From the NCBI GenBank assembly GCA_964612055.1, contig CAZTBI010000002.1, positions 163,529 to 227,528 on the forward strand: a stretch of 64,000 nucleotides of DNA, written 5' to 3'. The DNA is from an uncultured Bdellovibrionales bacterium (GTDB lineage: Bacteria > Patescibacteriota > Minisyncoccia > Moranbacterales > UBA1568). A model generated the notes under the pieces. That model did no database searches. It was not told the DNA's origin and saw nothing but the letters and a program-made list of their open reading frames with translations. The translations under genes and the position numbers were made by a program. Positions 36,661-46,886 of this stretch are shown piece after piece. Numbering within the stretch: the stretch's first letter is position 1; every line of letters starts with the position of its first letter.

Positions 36661-37458
36661 ATGGAAAATGAAATGATGCCGAATCCACATCAGGAACCGG
36701 TGGCAGTAGTGAGCAAAGAAAAAGGATGGGCGAAAGAAGCGCTCCTTGTTTCTGGAAGCATTCTTCTGGGGAGTCTCATTATAGCCGGAGCGATTCTGAC
36801 CTTGAGCCCGCAGGTGGCGAATAAAGCGGTGATCAAGGATACCGACTCGAAAGTAGCCGCTGATCCAGAAGATACTACGGCTATCGTTTCAATAGATGAT
36901 GATCCAGTGTTGGGTGACAAGAAGAAGGCCAAAGTAGCTATCATTGAGTTTAGTGACTATGAGTGTCCATTCTGTAAGCGTTTCCATGCTGAAACATTCG
37001 ATTCTTTGGTGAAAGAGTACGTCGATACGGGAAAGGCTATTATTGTAGCTCGTGACTTCCCGCTCTCTTTTCATGATCCGAAAGCGACTATGGAAGCAGC
37101 GACTGCTGAGTGCGTTCGGAAAGAAAAGGGCGATAGTGCCTATTTTGCTTTCGGCAAGGGGGTCTATGAGGGTACCCAGGCAAATGGCAAAGGATTGCTA
37201 GAGGGGAAGCTGGATGAACTTATCAGAAAAGTTGGAGCTAACCCAAAAACAGTGAGTGCCTGTGCAGAGACTGCTGCTATCAAGGCAGAGATCACAAAGG
37301 ATATGGATGATGGGCAGAAGGCGGGTGTGACTGGTACACCAAGCTTTGTAATCGGGACACTCTCTGCTGATGGCACCGTGACCGGGGAGCGCATAGTGGG
37401 AGCTCTGCCACTTTCTGGTTTCAAATCGACGGTTGAGAGGTATCTTGGAGAAGAATAG
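36661..37458 (+). CDS. DsbA-family thioredoxin-fold protein, membrane-anchored
   Basis: N-terminal TM; active site YECPFCKRFH. Confidence 0.75.
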   Translation: MENEMMPNPHQEPVAVVSKEKGWAKEALLVSGSILLGSLIIAGAILTLSPQVANKAVIKDTDSKVAADPEDTTAIVSIDDDPVLGDKKKAKVAIIEFSDYECPFCKRFHAETFDSLVKEYVDTGKAIIVARDFPLSFHDPKATMEAATAECVRKEKGDSAYFAFGKGVYEGTQANGKGLLEGKLDELIRKVGANPKTVSACAETAAIKAEITKDMDDGQKAGVTGTPSFVIGTLSADGTVTGERIVGALPLSGFKSTVERYLGEE

Positions 37459-37571
37459 ATCTTGGTCCGAGAGAAGGAAAACAGGGTTTTGGCGTACGAG
37501 TCAGAGCCCTGTTTTTTTGCTATACTGTAGGGGAGAGGGAAGTAAAATAAAAAAGAGATTGCCTTTGAAAT

Positions 37572-40500
37572 ATGTCTGACTATCTCGCTACTAAGGCGCG
37601 CGCTTTTCAATGGATCGGAATTATTCTCGCCATGCTTGTTTTTGCTGGTGCCTACTGGTATTTCAAAGTGCAGGGATCAACGCTCAATCAGTCGGAAAAT
37701 GCATCGTTGACCAGTGGCTTAGTGGGGTTGTGGTCGTACAATGGTGATGATATGTCGAGTACGACGGCCTATGATCGTTCAGGAAATAGTTTTGATGGGA
37801 CTCGTACCAATGGACCGACGCTTATTGCCGGCAGGGCTGGTCAGGCACTCGACTTTGATGGCACGGATGATTATGTGAGCGTGGCTGACAATGCCTCTTT
37901 GGATTTTACAACGAGTGCTGATTTTAGTATTTCCGGCTGGTTTTATCGTGACACCTTTACCACGGACGATACCATTATTGCAAAGCGCAATGGTATCACA
38001 GCAGCAGATGCTGGCTACATTTTATATATTGATGATGCGACGGATCAGATTATCTTTGAAACGTCTGACGGTACCGATGAATTTTCGACAACATCCGTGA
38101 CGACCTTTACCGCGACCGGTTGGCATCATTTTGCCATTGTCTGGGATGATAACTCTGCCACCAATACCGATATTTATATTGATGGTATAGCGAATAATGC
38201 CACTGATAGCGGTAACTCTCTCGCTCAGGCCTCGGTAGGCGATCTTTCCAATGCTCTGGTATTGGCTCATGGGGCTGAGTCCGATGCCGGCAATCCCTTT
38301 GACGGCAGGCTTGATGAAGTACGACTCTATAGCCGTACGCTTGCCGCAGGGGAGATTAAGAGCCTTTTTGATTTAGGGAACCCTGACAAGCTCAATGCGA
38401 GTATTTCTCAGGACCAAGGAACGGGTCGTTTGAGTGCGGGGGTAGCGGGATACTGGCCACTCGATGATAATTCTGGTACTGGTGCGGCAGATAGTAGTAC
38501 CAATAGTAACAACGGTACACTGACCAATGGTCCGACCTGGACGACGGGACAGATTGGAACTGCTGTTGATTTTGATGGTAATAATGATCACGTTTCTGTG
38601 AGTGATGATATAGCTTTAAATGCTACTGATACGGCTGACTTGACGATTACTGGTTGGTTTAATCGTGATACTTTCACAACTGATGATACGGTCATTGCGA
38701 AACGAAACGGTATTGCAGCTGGAGATATTGGTTATATCATTTACATCGATGATGCTACCGACCAGCTTATTTTTGAGGCTTCTGACGGTACCGATGAGTA
38801 TTCGCTGACTTCGGTTTCGACCTTTACCGCCACCGGTTGGCATCATTTTGTAGTGACCTGGGATGAGAATTCGGCTGCTAATTCGGAAATATATATTGAT
38901 GGAGTAGCGAACAATGCTACTGATAGTGGAACCATTGGCAATATTGGTACCTTGACCAATGCCCTCGCCCTCTTTTTTGGAGCAGAAGCTAATGTTGGCG
39001 TAGGCAACCCTTTTGACGGTAAATTAGATGAAGTGCGTTTGTACAACCGGGTGCTTTCGGTAGATGAGATTGGTCGGCTGTATAGTCTTGTTACGCCAAC
39101 TGGTATCGATGCCAGACTCGATGGCTACTGGTCGCTTGATGGTGAGGATATGTCTGCGACGGAGGCTTTTGATCGGAGCGGTGCTGGAGGGACGGGTGCA
39201 CTTATAGGTACGCCGACGAAATCTTTGGGCAGAGTCGGTCAGGCTATCAACTTTGATGGCACGGATGATGGCGTGAGCGTAGCGGATAACCCTATTCTTG
39301 ATGTAGGAAATGCTGTCGATCTGACTGTTTCGGGCTGGTTTAGCCGAGATACCTTTACGACCGATGATACTATCATTGCCAAGAAAAACAACCCGGTTAA
39401 TACGCAGGCCGGATACAGTGCCTATATTGATGATGCTGACGATAAGCTTTACTTTGACGTCTCGGACAACCCAGACAACTACCAGGTTGTTTCGACGCGG
39501 ACGTTTACTGATACGGATTGGCACCATTTCGCCGTTGTCTGGGATCAAGACTCCGCTTCTGGTACGGAAATATATATTGATGGAGTGGCGGACAATGGTA
39601 CTGACACGGGAACTATCGCAAATGTCGACAGTATATCGAATACGCGTGTTTTCGCTATTGGCGCTGAATCCGATGCCGGTAACCCCTTTGATGGAAAAAT
39701 TGATGAAATACGTGTACATAGGCGCGTTTTGTCAGCAAGCGAAATAAAAAGCCTCTATGATCAAGGGGTTCCTGATAAGCTGAATTCAAGTGTCTCACAG
39801 CCTCAGGGTAAAGGTCGTCCAGAATCTGGAATAGCCGCTTACTTCCCCCTTGATGAAAATACGGGTACCGCTGCTGGTGATACGAGTATTAATACGAATA
39901 ATGGAACGCTCACTAATGGTCCGACATGGACCACGGGGCAGATCGGGAGCGCAGTGGATTTCGATGGAACAGATGACTATGTCACGGTCGCTGATAAAGA
40001 CGTTTTTGATTTTGTGGATAGCAGAAACTTTGCTCTCTCTGGTTGGTTTAACCGTGATACGTTTACCACGGATGATACTATCGTGGCGAAACGAAATGGT
40101 ATCACCGCTGGAGACACGGGCTATATTCTCTATATTGATGATGCCACCGATAAGCTGACTTTTGAGGCTTCTGATGGGACTGATGAGTACCAACTAGAGT
40201 CAGTTTCGACCTTTACCGCGACCGGCTGGTATTACTACGCTCTTGTTTGGAATGATAGCGTGAGTGCTTCAACGAGGCTGTATGTTAACGGCATTCCGGA
40301 AGCTGCCACGGCAACGGGGACGTTTTCGAACGTGAACAGTTTGGCAAACTCCGATGCTTTTCGCTTGGGTGCTGAGTCTGATGCTGGCAACCCCTTTGAT
40401 GGAAAAATTGATGATACAAAGCTTTACAACCGCACTTTATCAGGTGATGAGGTGGCGCAAATCTATCGACTCACGACACCGACCGGTATCGATACCAGTC

Positions 40501-41156
40501 TTCGAGCGTACTGGCCTTTCAATGGCGGAGATACGTCTGGCACGATTACTATGGATCGTTCAGGTGGAGGGAATACTGGCACGCTTACGAATACCCCAAC
40601 CAAAACTATCGGTAAAATAGGGCAGGCACTTTCTTTCACGGGGGCGGATAGTGGCACGAACCAATATGTGAATATTCCTTCTGCCACCCTTACTTCGACG
40701 GATAATTTTACTGCTCTTACTCTGTGTGCTTGGATAAAACCTGGTGATCAGATTAATCAATTTCCGGTAATAATAACAAAACATTCGACCTTCTTTACTT
40801 CATGGGATCTCTATCTTGAAGATGGCGGCACTGGGCCGCATGGTTTTGGGACATCTGCGTGGGGGAATTACGTGAGTTCTTCATCGGCACCTCTGGTGCA
40901 GGGAGTATGGGCACATATCTGTGGTGTCCAAGCAGGACAAAATGCTTCAACATACACGTTGTACTATAACGGTACTGATATCACAGGAACTCCGAATGGG
41001 ACGGGGGCCAGAAGTAGTGATACCGGTGGCGACGTATCAATCGGAACATTTGATGCGAGCTCCTGGCAGTACACGGGGTCTATAGACGAGGTGCGTGTCT
41101 ATAATCGCGCCCTTTCAGCAGCGGAAGTAGCGACACTCTACAATCAAGGAAGATAA
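37572..41156 (+). CDS. Giant membrane-anchored surface protein with 5 tandem about 180-aa LamG-like (concanavalin A-like lectin) repeats plus a divergent 6th
   Basis: N-terminal TM; recurring GTDDYVSVAD...SGWFxRDTFTTDDTIIAKRNGI...GNPFDGKLDEVRLY blocks. Confidence 0.7.
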   Translation: MSDYLATKARAFQWIGIILAMLVFAGAYWYFKVQGSTLNQSENASLTSGLVGLWSYNGDDMSSTTAYDRSGNSFDGTRTNGPTLIAGRAGQALDFDGTDDYVSVADNASLDFTTSADFSISGWFYRDTFTTDDTIIAKRNGITAADAGYILYIDDATDQIIFETSDGTDEFSTTSVTTFTATGWHHFAIVWDDNSATNTDIYIDGIANNATDSGNSLAQASVGDLSNALVLAHGAESDAGNPFDGRLDEVRLYSRTLAAGEIKSLFDLGNPDKLNASISQDQGTGRLSAGVAGYWPLDDNSGTGAADSSTNSNNGTLTNGPTWTTGQIGTAVDFDGNNDHVSVSDDIALNATDTADLTITGWFNRDTFTTDDTVIAKRNGIAAGDIGYIIYIDDATDQLIFEASDGTDEYSLTSVSTFTATGWHHFVVTWDENSAANSEIYIDGVANNATDSGTIGNIGTLTNALALFFGAEANVGVGNPFDGKLDEVRLYNRVLSVDEIGRLYSLVTPTGIDARLDGYWSLDGEDMSATEAFDRSGAGGTGALIGTPTKSLGRVGQAINFDGTDDGVSVADNPILDVGNAVDLTVSGWFSRDTFTTDDTIIAKKNNPVNTQAGYSAYIDDADDKLYFDVSDNPDNYQVVSTRTFTDTDWHHFAVVWDQDSASGTEIYIDGVADNGTDTGTIANVDSISNTRVFAIGAESDAGNPFDGKIDEIRVHRRVLSASEIKSLYDQGVPDKLNSSVSQPQGKGRPESGIAAYFPLDENTGTAAGDTSINTNNGTLTNGPTWTTGQIGSAVDFDGTDDYVTVADKDVFDFVDSRNFALSGWFNRDTFTTDDTIVAKRNGITAGDTGYILYIDDATDKLTFEASDGTDEYQLESVSTFTATGWYYYALVWNDSVSASTRLYVNGIPEAATATGTFSNVNSLANSDAFRLGAESDAGNPFDGKIDDTKLYNRTLSGDEVAQIYRLTTPTGIDTSLRAYWPFNGGDTSGTITMDRSGGGNTGTLTNTPTKTIGKIGQALSFTGADSGTNQYVNIPSATLTSTDNFTALTLCAWIKPGDQINQFPVIITKHSTFFTSWDLYLEDGGTGPHGFGTSAWGNYVSSSSAPLVQGVWAHICGVQAGQNASTYTLYYNGTDITGTPNGTGARSSDTGGDVSIGTFDASSWQYTGSIDEVRVYNRALSAAEVATLYNQGR

Positions 41157-41163
41157 AAGATTT

Positions 41164-42702
41164 ATGTCGTTATCAAGTGAGCTTCGGAATTGGCGCAACA
41201 CTCAAGCACGCATCGAAGGGGTAGAGCAGTATCGGGTTCTTTCGAATGCTGTTTTGGATGCGCTCGTTGGGACTTTGCCTCAAAGTAAAGAAGAGATGCT
41301 CTTGGTCAAGGGTATCAAGGAGGCGAAGTTTTCAAAGTATGGCGCGACCTTACTCCGCATGATCAAGGAGTATGCAGGAAGTAAGAGCGAGGTACGAGAG
41401 ATCTCTTTTTATGAAGAAGGAAAAAAAGAGGATCAGGGACAGCCTGAGGAAAATGTTGATCAGACGCTTTCGGTGAGCGGTTTTTTGGATGGGCTCAATG
41501 TCGAGCTTTCGGGTATGGCGGCACGGGTGCGCGGAGAAGTTTCGAGCGTTGATATTCGCGACAGGGTCGTATACTTTACGCTCAAAGACAGTGCCGATGA
41601 GAGCACGCTCAATTGTCTTATCTTTCGTTTTCAGTATGAAATTTCTGGAGTGGCACTCGCTATTGGTGACGAGATTATCGTCGAAGGAGCGCCAGATATC
41701 TATAAACCAAGCGGACGACTCAGTTTGAAAGTGGGGATGATTGAGCTTTGTGGTGAGGGAGCGCTCAAGAAAGCGTACGATGCTCTGAAGCTGAAGTTTG
41801 AGGAAGAGGGCATGTTTGCTTTAGAGAAGAAGAGAGCGTTGCCACAATTTCCAGAACGTATTGCGCTTATCACTTCTGAGCAAGGGGCAGCCATCGGTGA
41901 CTTCACGATGAATCTCGGAGCCCAGGGACTGAAAGTCGATTTTTATCCGACCAGTGTTGAGGGGAAAAAGGCGGTCTTTGAAATTATTGAAGCGCTGCGC
42001 TACTTCGATCGTCATGCTGACAAGTACGATATTTTGGTAGTAGTCCGTGGCGGAGGGAGTCTTGAGAGTCTGCAGGCTTTTAACAATGAGGCCTTAGTAC
42101 GAGAACTCGCTGCTTCAAAAATCCCGACCCTCCTTGGTGTGGGACACGAGAAAGACGTGACGCTCGCTGCTCTTGCCGCTGATGTTATGGTATCGACACC
42201 GACGGCGACAGCGCGGACACTGCGCGAACCATGGGACGAGGCCAGGGGATTGGTCCGGCATTTTGGAGAGCATCTCCCGATGTTGATGGAGCGAGAACTT
42301 TCGCTTGTGAAAACCGAACTCGGTACTTCGAGTGAGGAGCTTTCGCGAAGATTACGAGGGTTTTTGGAGTACGCCAATACTTTGAAGCAATCTCTGGTAG
42401 AGAAACTTCTTTTAGTACAGTCAGGTATTCGAGAAAAAATGACTCTTTTGGATCAGGGAGAAAAAAATATGGCGCGGGGCTTTCTCCTGGGACTGGAAAG
42501 TGCCAAGAAAGAGCTTGCGTATGCCGAGGATCTCCTCCGTCAGTATGATCCGACCCGTGTACTCAAGCTTGGCTATAGCTTGGTCAAAAGCGGGGCGCGT
42601 ATTGTAAAGGGTGTTGAGGGGCTCCAGGTTGGTGATATACTCGATATACAGTTAAATAAAGGGGTGGTCGGAGCGCGCATTGAAACGATAGTTCCGAAAT
42701 AA
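41164..42702 (+). CDS. xseA: Exodeoxyribonuclease VII large subunit with an N-terminal HRDC-like domain
   Basis: HRDC-like LRNWRNTQARIEGVEQYRVLSNAVLDALVGTLPQSKEEMLLVKGIKEAKFSKYG; OB-fold; VVVRGGGSLESLQAFNNE. Confidence 0.8.
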   Translation: MSLSSELRNWRNTQARIEGVEQYRVLSNAVLDALVGTLPQSKEEMLLVKGIKEAKFSKYGATLLRMIKEYAGSKSEVREISFYEEGKKEDQGQPEENVDQTLSVSGFLDGLNVELSGMAARVRGEVSSVDIRDRVVYFTLKDSADESTLNCLIFRFQYEISGVALAIGDEIIVEGAPDIYKPSGRLSLKVGMIELCGEGALKKAYDALKLKFEEEGMFALEKKRALPQFPERIALITSEQGAAIGDFTMNLGAQGLKVDFYPTSVEGKKAVFEIIEALRYFDRHADKYDILVVVRGGGSLESLQAFNNEALVRELAASKIPTLLGVGHEKDVTLAALAADVMVSTPTATARTLREPWDEARGLVRHFGEHLPMLMERELSLVKTELGTSSEELSRRLRGFLEYANTLKQSLVEKLLLVQSGIREKMTLLDQGEKNMARGFLLGLESAKKELAYAEDLLRQYDPTRVLKLGYSLVKSGARIVKGVEGLQVGDILDIQLNKGVVGARIETIVPK

Positions 42703-42719
42703 TGTAATAATGTACCACT

Positions 42720-42920
42720 ATGCCGAAAATGAATCTCAGTGACTCGCTCAAGAAAGTGCAGGAAATTATCGCTTGGTTTGATAACCAGGAAGAAGTCGAT
42801 GTCGAGAAGGGATTGGAAAAGATCAAAGAAGGCACTGTCCTCATCAAGGAGAGCCGGACGCGGCTTAAGGAGATTGAAAACGAATTTGAAGTGGTGAAGA
42901 AGGATCTGGAGAAAGAGTAG
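42720..42920 (+). CDS. xseB: Exodeoxyribonuclease VII small subunit
   Basis: 66-aa helical protein directly downstream of xseA; LEKIKEGTVLIKESRTRL. Confidence 0.75.
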   Translation: MPKMNLSDSLKKVQEIIAWFDNQEEVDVEKGLEKIKEGTVLIKESRTRLKEIENEFEVVKKDLEKE

Positions 42921-43084
42921 TTTTTTGTGATTGTCTTTGTAAAACCGTAGGAAAAGTAACTTTTTCTCGACGTGTTCCAGCCTCGTCTCAGACAAGTGGA
43001 GCAGTCGATAAAAAATTCTTTTCCCGCGGTTTTTTTCTTTTGACCTGATACTGATCCGTTTCTTCTAAAAAGTGATATTGTTTG

Positions 43085-43093
43085 TGATATAAT
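43085..43093 (+). promoter_or_regulatory. Extended -10 element TGATATAAT upstream of korA
   Basis: TGn + TATAAT located 21 nt before the ATG at 43114. Confidence 0.4.
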
Positions 43094-43113
43094 GAGAGCA
43101 AAGAAAAACAAAC

Positions 43114-44817
43114 ATGAAACGATTTTCTGGGGATATTTCTATTGTCTTGGGCGGCGCAGCAGGGCAAGGTGTCCAGACTGTTGAAGCTCTCTTGGTACAG
43201 GTACTGAAACGTGAAGGGTATCATGTTTTTGCGATCAAAGAATACATGTCACGTATTCGTGGTGGCAGTAATTCGACCGAGATTCGTGTTACGAATGGTC
43301 GGCGGCGGGCTTTTGTGAATCGTATTGATATTCTGCTTGCGATGGACAAGGATGTTTTACCGCATCTGGAACACCGTGTTAGTAAAGAGACGATTGTGCT
43401 CGGCGAACGGAGTAAGGTGTGCACTATGACTACTTGTCCGGTAGTTGATGTTCCCTTTACCCAGTTTGCCAATGAATTGGGAAATCCTATCTATACCAGT
43501 ACCGTGGCTGTCGGTGTCACGCTTGGTATGCTCGATGCTGATCAAGAAGTTTTCGAAGGATATCTCAGGGAACGCTTTGCCCGGAAAGGAGAAGAAGTAG
43601 TAGCCAAGAATATTGAAGCAGCGAAGAAAGGATATGCTTTTGGAAAACACCTGGCTTATGATGCCGGTATCGAAGTCCATATCAGTCGTCACGAAAAAGT
43701 GAAGGAAGAAGTACTTGTCGATGGCGTAACCGCGCTTGGTATGGGAACCTTAGCTTCAGGCTGTAATTACATTTCTTCCTATCCGATGTCACCAGGGACT
43801 GGGCTTCTCACTTTTCTAGCTGAGCAGAGTGAAGCGTTTGGAGTGGCAGTGGACCAGGCAGAAGATGAGATTGCGGCGATCAATCAGGGACTAGGTGCCT
43901 GGTACGCCGGTGCTCGGGCTATTGTCACGACTTCAGGTGGTGGTTTTGCGCTCATGACTGAGGGGGTGAGTCTTGCTGGCATTATTGAAACTCCGATCGT
44001 GATCCATATTGGACAACGTCCCGGGCCTGCCACGGGACTACCGACTCGTACTGAACAAGCTGACCTCAACCTCACTCTCTATGCTGGTCATGGAGAATTT
44101 CCTCGGGCTATATTTGCACCAGGCACCCCAGAAGAAGCATTTCTCGCAGCGCAGCAAGCGTTTCATATTGCCGATACCTATCAAATTCCCGTTTTTATTT
44201 TGACGGATCAGTATCTTTTGGATTCTATAAGCAGTTTTCCGAAAGAGTCTCTCAAATACTTGAAGATACAGTCAGGAGTTGTTGTGACGAAGCCCAATTA
44301 CCAGCGCTATGCGCTCACCAAAGATGGCATATCACCCCGGGGTATCCCAGGAAATGGCGAAGGGTTAGTAGGGGTAGATAGCGACGAACATGATGAAGCG
44401 GGGCATATCACTGAGAGTGCCACGATGCGCCTCTCTATGCATGGCAAGCGTCTTTCGAAACTCCTAGCTCTCCGCGAAGAAGCTTTTTTACCGACAGAGA
44501 TTGGTGATGTGGCACATGCTGACACGCTTATTGTAACGTGGGGTTCGAATAAAGGAGTGATCGAGGAAGCATTGGAACTTTCGAAGCGAGAAGATATGGC
44601 GGCTCTTCATTTTTCTCAAGTGTATCCGTTGCCAGAAAAAGCCAAGAAACTTTTCACTCGAAAAAAGATTGTAGTGATGGAAAATAACGCTACTGGGCAG
44701 TTTGCCAATCTTTTGAAATTGGAATATGGCGTGAAGATTTCTGATACGATATTGAAATACGATGGCGATCCATTTTCAGTGGAAGAAGTTGTTCAGAAGC
44801 TAAAGGCTATCGACTAA
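43114..44817 (+). CDS. korA: 2-oxoacid:ferredoxin oxidoreductase, fused gamma-alpha subunit
   Basis: N-terminal POR gamma domain ([11 protein letters not shown]); alpha domain ([10 protein letters not shown]). Confidence 0.8.
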   Translation: MKRFSGDISIVLGGAAGQGVQTVEALLVQVLKREGYHVFAIKEYMSRIRGGSNSTEIRVTNGRRRAFVNRIDILLAMDKDVLPHLEHRVSKETIVLGERSKVCTMTTCPVVDVPFTQFANELGNPIYTSTVAVGVTLGMLDADQEVFEGYLRERFARKGEEVVAKNIEAAKKGYAFGKHLAYDAGIEVHISRHEKVKEEVLVDGVTALGMGTLASGCNYISSYPMSPGTGLLTFLAEQSEAFGVAVDQAEDEIAAINQGLGAWYAGARAIVTTSGGGFALMTEGVSLAGIIETPIVIHIGQRPGPATGLPTRTEQADLNLTLYAGHGEFPRAIFAPGTPEEAFLAAQQAFHIADTYQIPVFILTDQYLLDSISSFPKESLKYLKIQSGVVVTKPNYQRYALTKDGISPRGIPGNGEGLVGVDSDEHDEAGHITESATMRLSMHGKRLSKLLALREEAFLPTEIGDVAHADTLIVTWGSNKGVIEEALELSKREDMAALHFSQVYPLPEKAKKLFTRKKIVVMENNATGQFANLLKLEYGVKISDTILKYDGDPFSVEEVVQKLKAID

Positions 44818-44828
44818 AGACTGTTCAT

Positions 44829-45686
44829 ATGATCGACAAGAAACTCTACGATATGCCGCAGGAAACCGACATGGCCTGGTGCCCAGGTTGTGGAAACTTT
44901 CCTATTTTGAATATTGTGAAGATGGCTCTGGCGGAGCTTGATATCATGCCCCAGGACGTCGTGATTTGTTCCGGCATCGGTCAGGCAGCCAAGACACCGC
45001 ACTATCTGCGGGTCAATTACTTTAATGGTCTTCATGGTCGGGCGCTGCCACCGGCAACAGCCATCAAAATCACCAATCCTAAATTGACAGTGATAGCGGA
45101 GTCTGGTGATGGCGATACCTATGGCGAAGGAGGGAATCATTTCATGCATGCCATCAGACGCAATCCTGATATCACCAATATTGTTCATAACAACATGGTC
45201 TATGGCCTCACGAAGGGTCAAGCTTCGCCCACCTCAGAAAAAGGAATGAAGACACCGGTACAGGTAGGAGGCGTGGTGATGGAACCCTTCAATCCTTTGG
45301 CAACCGCCCTTTCATTGGGTGCCACTTTTGTGGCCCGAGTTTTTGCGGGAGATATTATGCAATCTAAAGAGATTATCAAAGCGGCCATACAGCATAAGGG
45401 CTATGCCTTAGTTGATGTCTTTCAGCCCTGTGTCGTCTTTAACAAACAAAATACCTATCAATGGTTCAAGCAAAATACCTACTATCTTGATGAAACGCAC
45501 GATAAAACAGATAAAATGAAGGCGCTGGAACTTGCTTTGAATCTGGAACGTATGCCACTGGGGATTCTGTATCAAACAACCGGGCGACCAAGCTATGAAA
45601 CACTGGTACGTAAGGGGGACGACCCACTTCATGAAAGAACGTTTGATAAAAAGGCGTTGGATGGATTGATTGAAAAATACAAGTAG
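44829..45686 (+). CDS. korB: 2-oxoacid:ferredoxin oxidoreductase beta subunit (TPP-binding)
   Basis: [12 protein letters not shown]; [12 protein letters not shown]. Confidence 0.85.
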   Translation: MIDKKLYDMPQETDMAWCPGCGNFPILNIVKMALAELDIMPQDVVICSGIGQAAKTPHYLRVNYFNGLHGRALPPATAIKITNPKLTVIAESGDGDTYGEGGNHFMHAIRRNPDITNIVHNNMVYGLTKGQASPTSEKGMKTPVQVGGVVMEPFNPLATALSLGATFVARVFAGDIMQSKEIIKAAIQHKGYALVDVFQPCVVFNKQNTYQWFKQNTYYLDETHDKTDKMKALELALNLERMPLGILYQTTGRPSYETLVRKGDDPLHERTFDKKALDGLIEKYK

Positions 45687-45720
45687 AATAAAAAAACATC
45701 CCGCATGTGCGGGATGTTTT

Positions 45721-46032
45721 TTAATCGAGGCCGAGTTGGATTCTGGCTTCCTCAGTCATCTTGTCGGCTGTCCACGGTGGATCAAAGGTGAGGTCAACGA
45801 CGACTTCTTCGATAGCTTCGAGCTCCATAACGCGGTCCTCAATTTCTTTTTGAATTTGACCAAAAAGCGGACAACCGATAGTGGTAAGGGTCATGCTAAT
45901 AGTGCAGACGCCTTCTTTGGAAACAGTGATGCTATAGATAAGTCCTAAATCGACAATAGAAACACCAAGCTCGGGATCTAACACGAGCTTGAGCTTTTCT
46001 TGCACTTCTTGTTTGCTTACTTGCTTTGTCAT
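45721..46032 (-). CDS. sufT: Fe-S cluster assembly protein SufT (DUF59/MIP18 family)
   Basis: LVLDPELGVSIVDLGLIY...TLTTIGCPL. Confidence 0.8.
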   Translation of the reverse strand: MTKQVSKQEVQEKLKLVLDPELGVSIVDLGLIYSITVSKEGVCTISMTLTTIGCPLFGQIQKEIEDRVMELEAIEEVVVDLTFDPPWTADKMTEEARIQLGLD

Positions 46033-46305
46033 TTATTCAGGAAAAATTTGCTTGCCAGTAGCGTCCTTGATGCGAATAGCACCGACTGGACAGGCGCGAG
46101 CGGCGTTTAAGATTGTTTCTTGATCATCCTCGTCAACAGTCGCAAGGATACCGGCCTTTCCGGTGTCATCTAAGGCGAAAGCGTTTGGCGCCATAGCGGT
46201 ACAAGGGGCAGCTCCAATACAGATACCGTGATCAACTTCAACGGTCCAGCCATTGTTGAGAGTTACTGGTCCGGCTACTTTGGCTTCATCTTTCCACTGC
46301 GACAT
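46033..46305 (-). CDS. Small single-cluster 4Fe-4S ferredoxin
   Basis: HGICIGAAPC...ARACPVGAI; start trimmed to the ATG at 46305 (the ORF-track N-extension is unsupported). Confidence 0.55.
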   Translation of the reverse strand: MSQWKDEAKVAGPVTLNNGWTVEVDHGICIGAAPCTAMAPNAFALDDTGKAGILATVDEDDQETILNAARACPVGAIRIKDATGKQIFPE

Positions 46306-46511
46306 AGTTTTTCGTGCTAATTGGTTATTCTTACATTTGTTATAAACTGAACTTCCCTTTTCTTCCCCTGTGTTTCCCTCGAACATCCCTGACTCGCTTC
46401 GCCGAACAGGGAGCTGCCGAGTCGAGACCGTCCTGTCGACGCTCGACTGTTACCGGCACACTCATCACGGATGTGACCGAGAGAAACGGATGAAGAAAAC
46501 GAAAATTCAGT

Positions 46512-46886
46512 TCACAATAGATGGTCGCTGGCTAAAGTTTTCTTCGCGGTCTCGAGCGAGAGGAGTCCGCACTTGATTCGACTCGGTGACAGCGTGACGC
46601 CGAGGAGACTGAGGACATCCTTTGGTTCCATGGCGAGCGCTTCTGGCACCAGTTTCCCAGTAAGTGTTTCTGAGAGGAGAGACGCCGAAGCCTGTGAAAT
46701 AGCGCATCCGACACCGGAAAAACGCACTTCCTTAATGATACCATCTTTCACTACCATGTCCATTTGGAGCTTGTCGCCGCAACTGGCATTGAGCGCTTTT
46801 GCTTGGTGGGTCGGATGATCGAGAGTTCCGTGATTTCTCGGGTTGCGATAATGGTCGAGAATTATCTCTTGATAGATGTCGCTCAT
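46512..46886 (-). CDS. sufU: SUF-type Fe-S scaffold SufU (NifU-like N-terminal domain)
   Basis: ILDHYRNPRNHG...CGDKL...GCAIS. Confidence 0.85.
   Translation of the reverse strand: MSDIYQEIILDHYRNPRNHGTLDHPTHQAKALNASCGDKLQMDMVVKDGIIKEVRFSGVGCAISQASASLLSETLTGKLVPEALAMEPKDVLSLLGVTLSPSRIKCGLLSLETAKKTLASDHLL

Noticed and set aside
38022-40784. Minus-strand and alternate-frame ORFs within the LamG-repeat gene
   Set aside because: They are generated by the repetitive coding sequence, and none has independent support.
42921-43113. Possible -35 for the korA promoter
   Set aside because: Only the extended -10 (TGATATAAT) is convincing. No good -35 sits at 17-bp spacing, so only the -10 element is reported.
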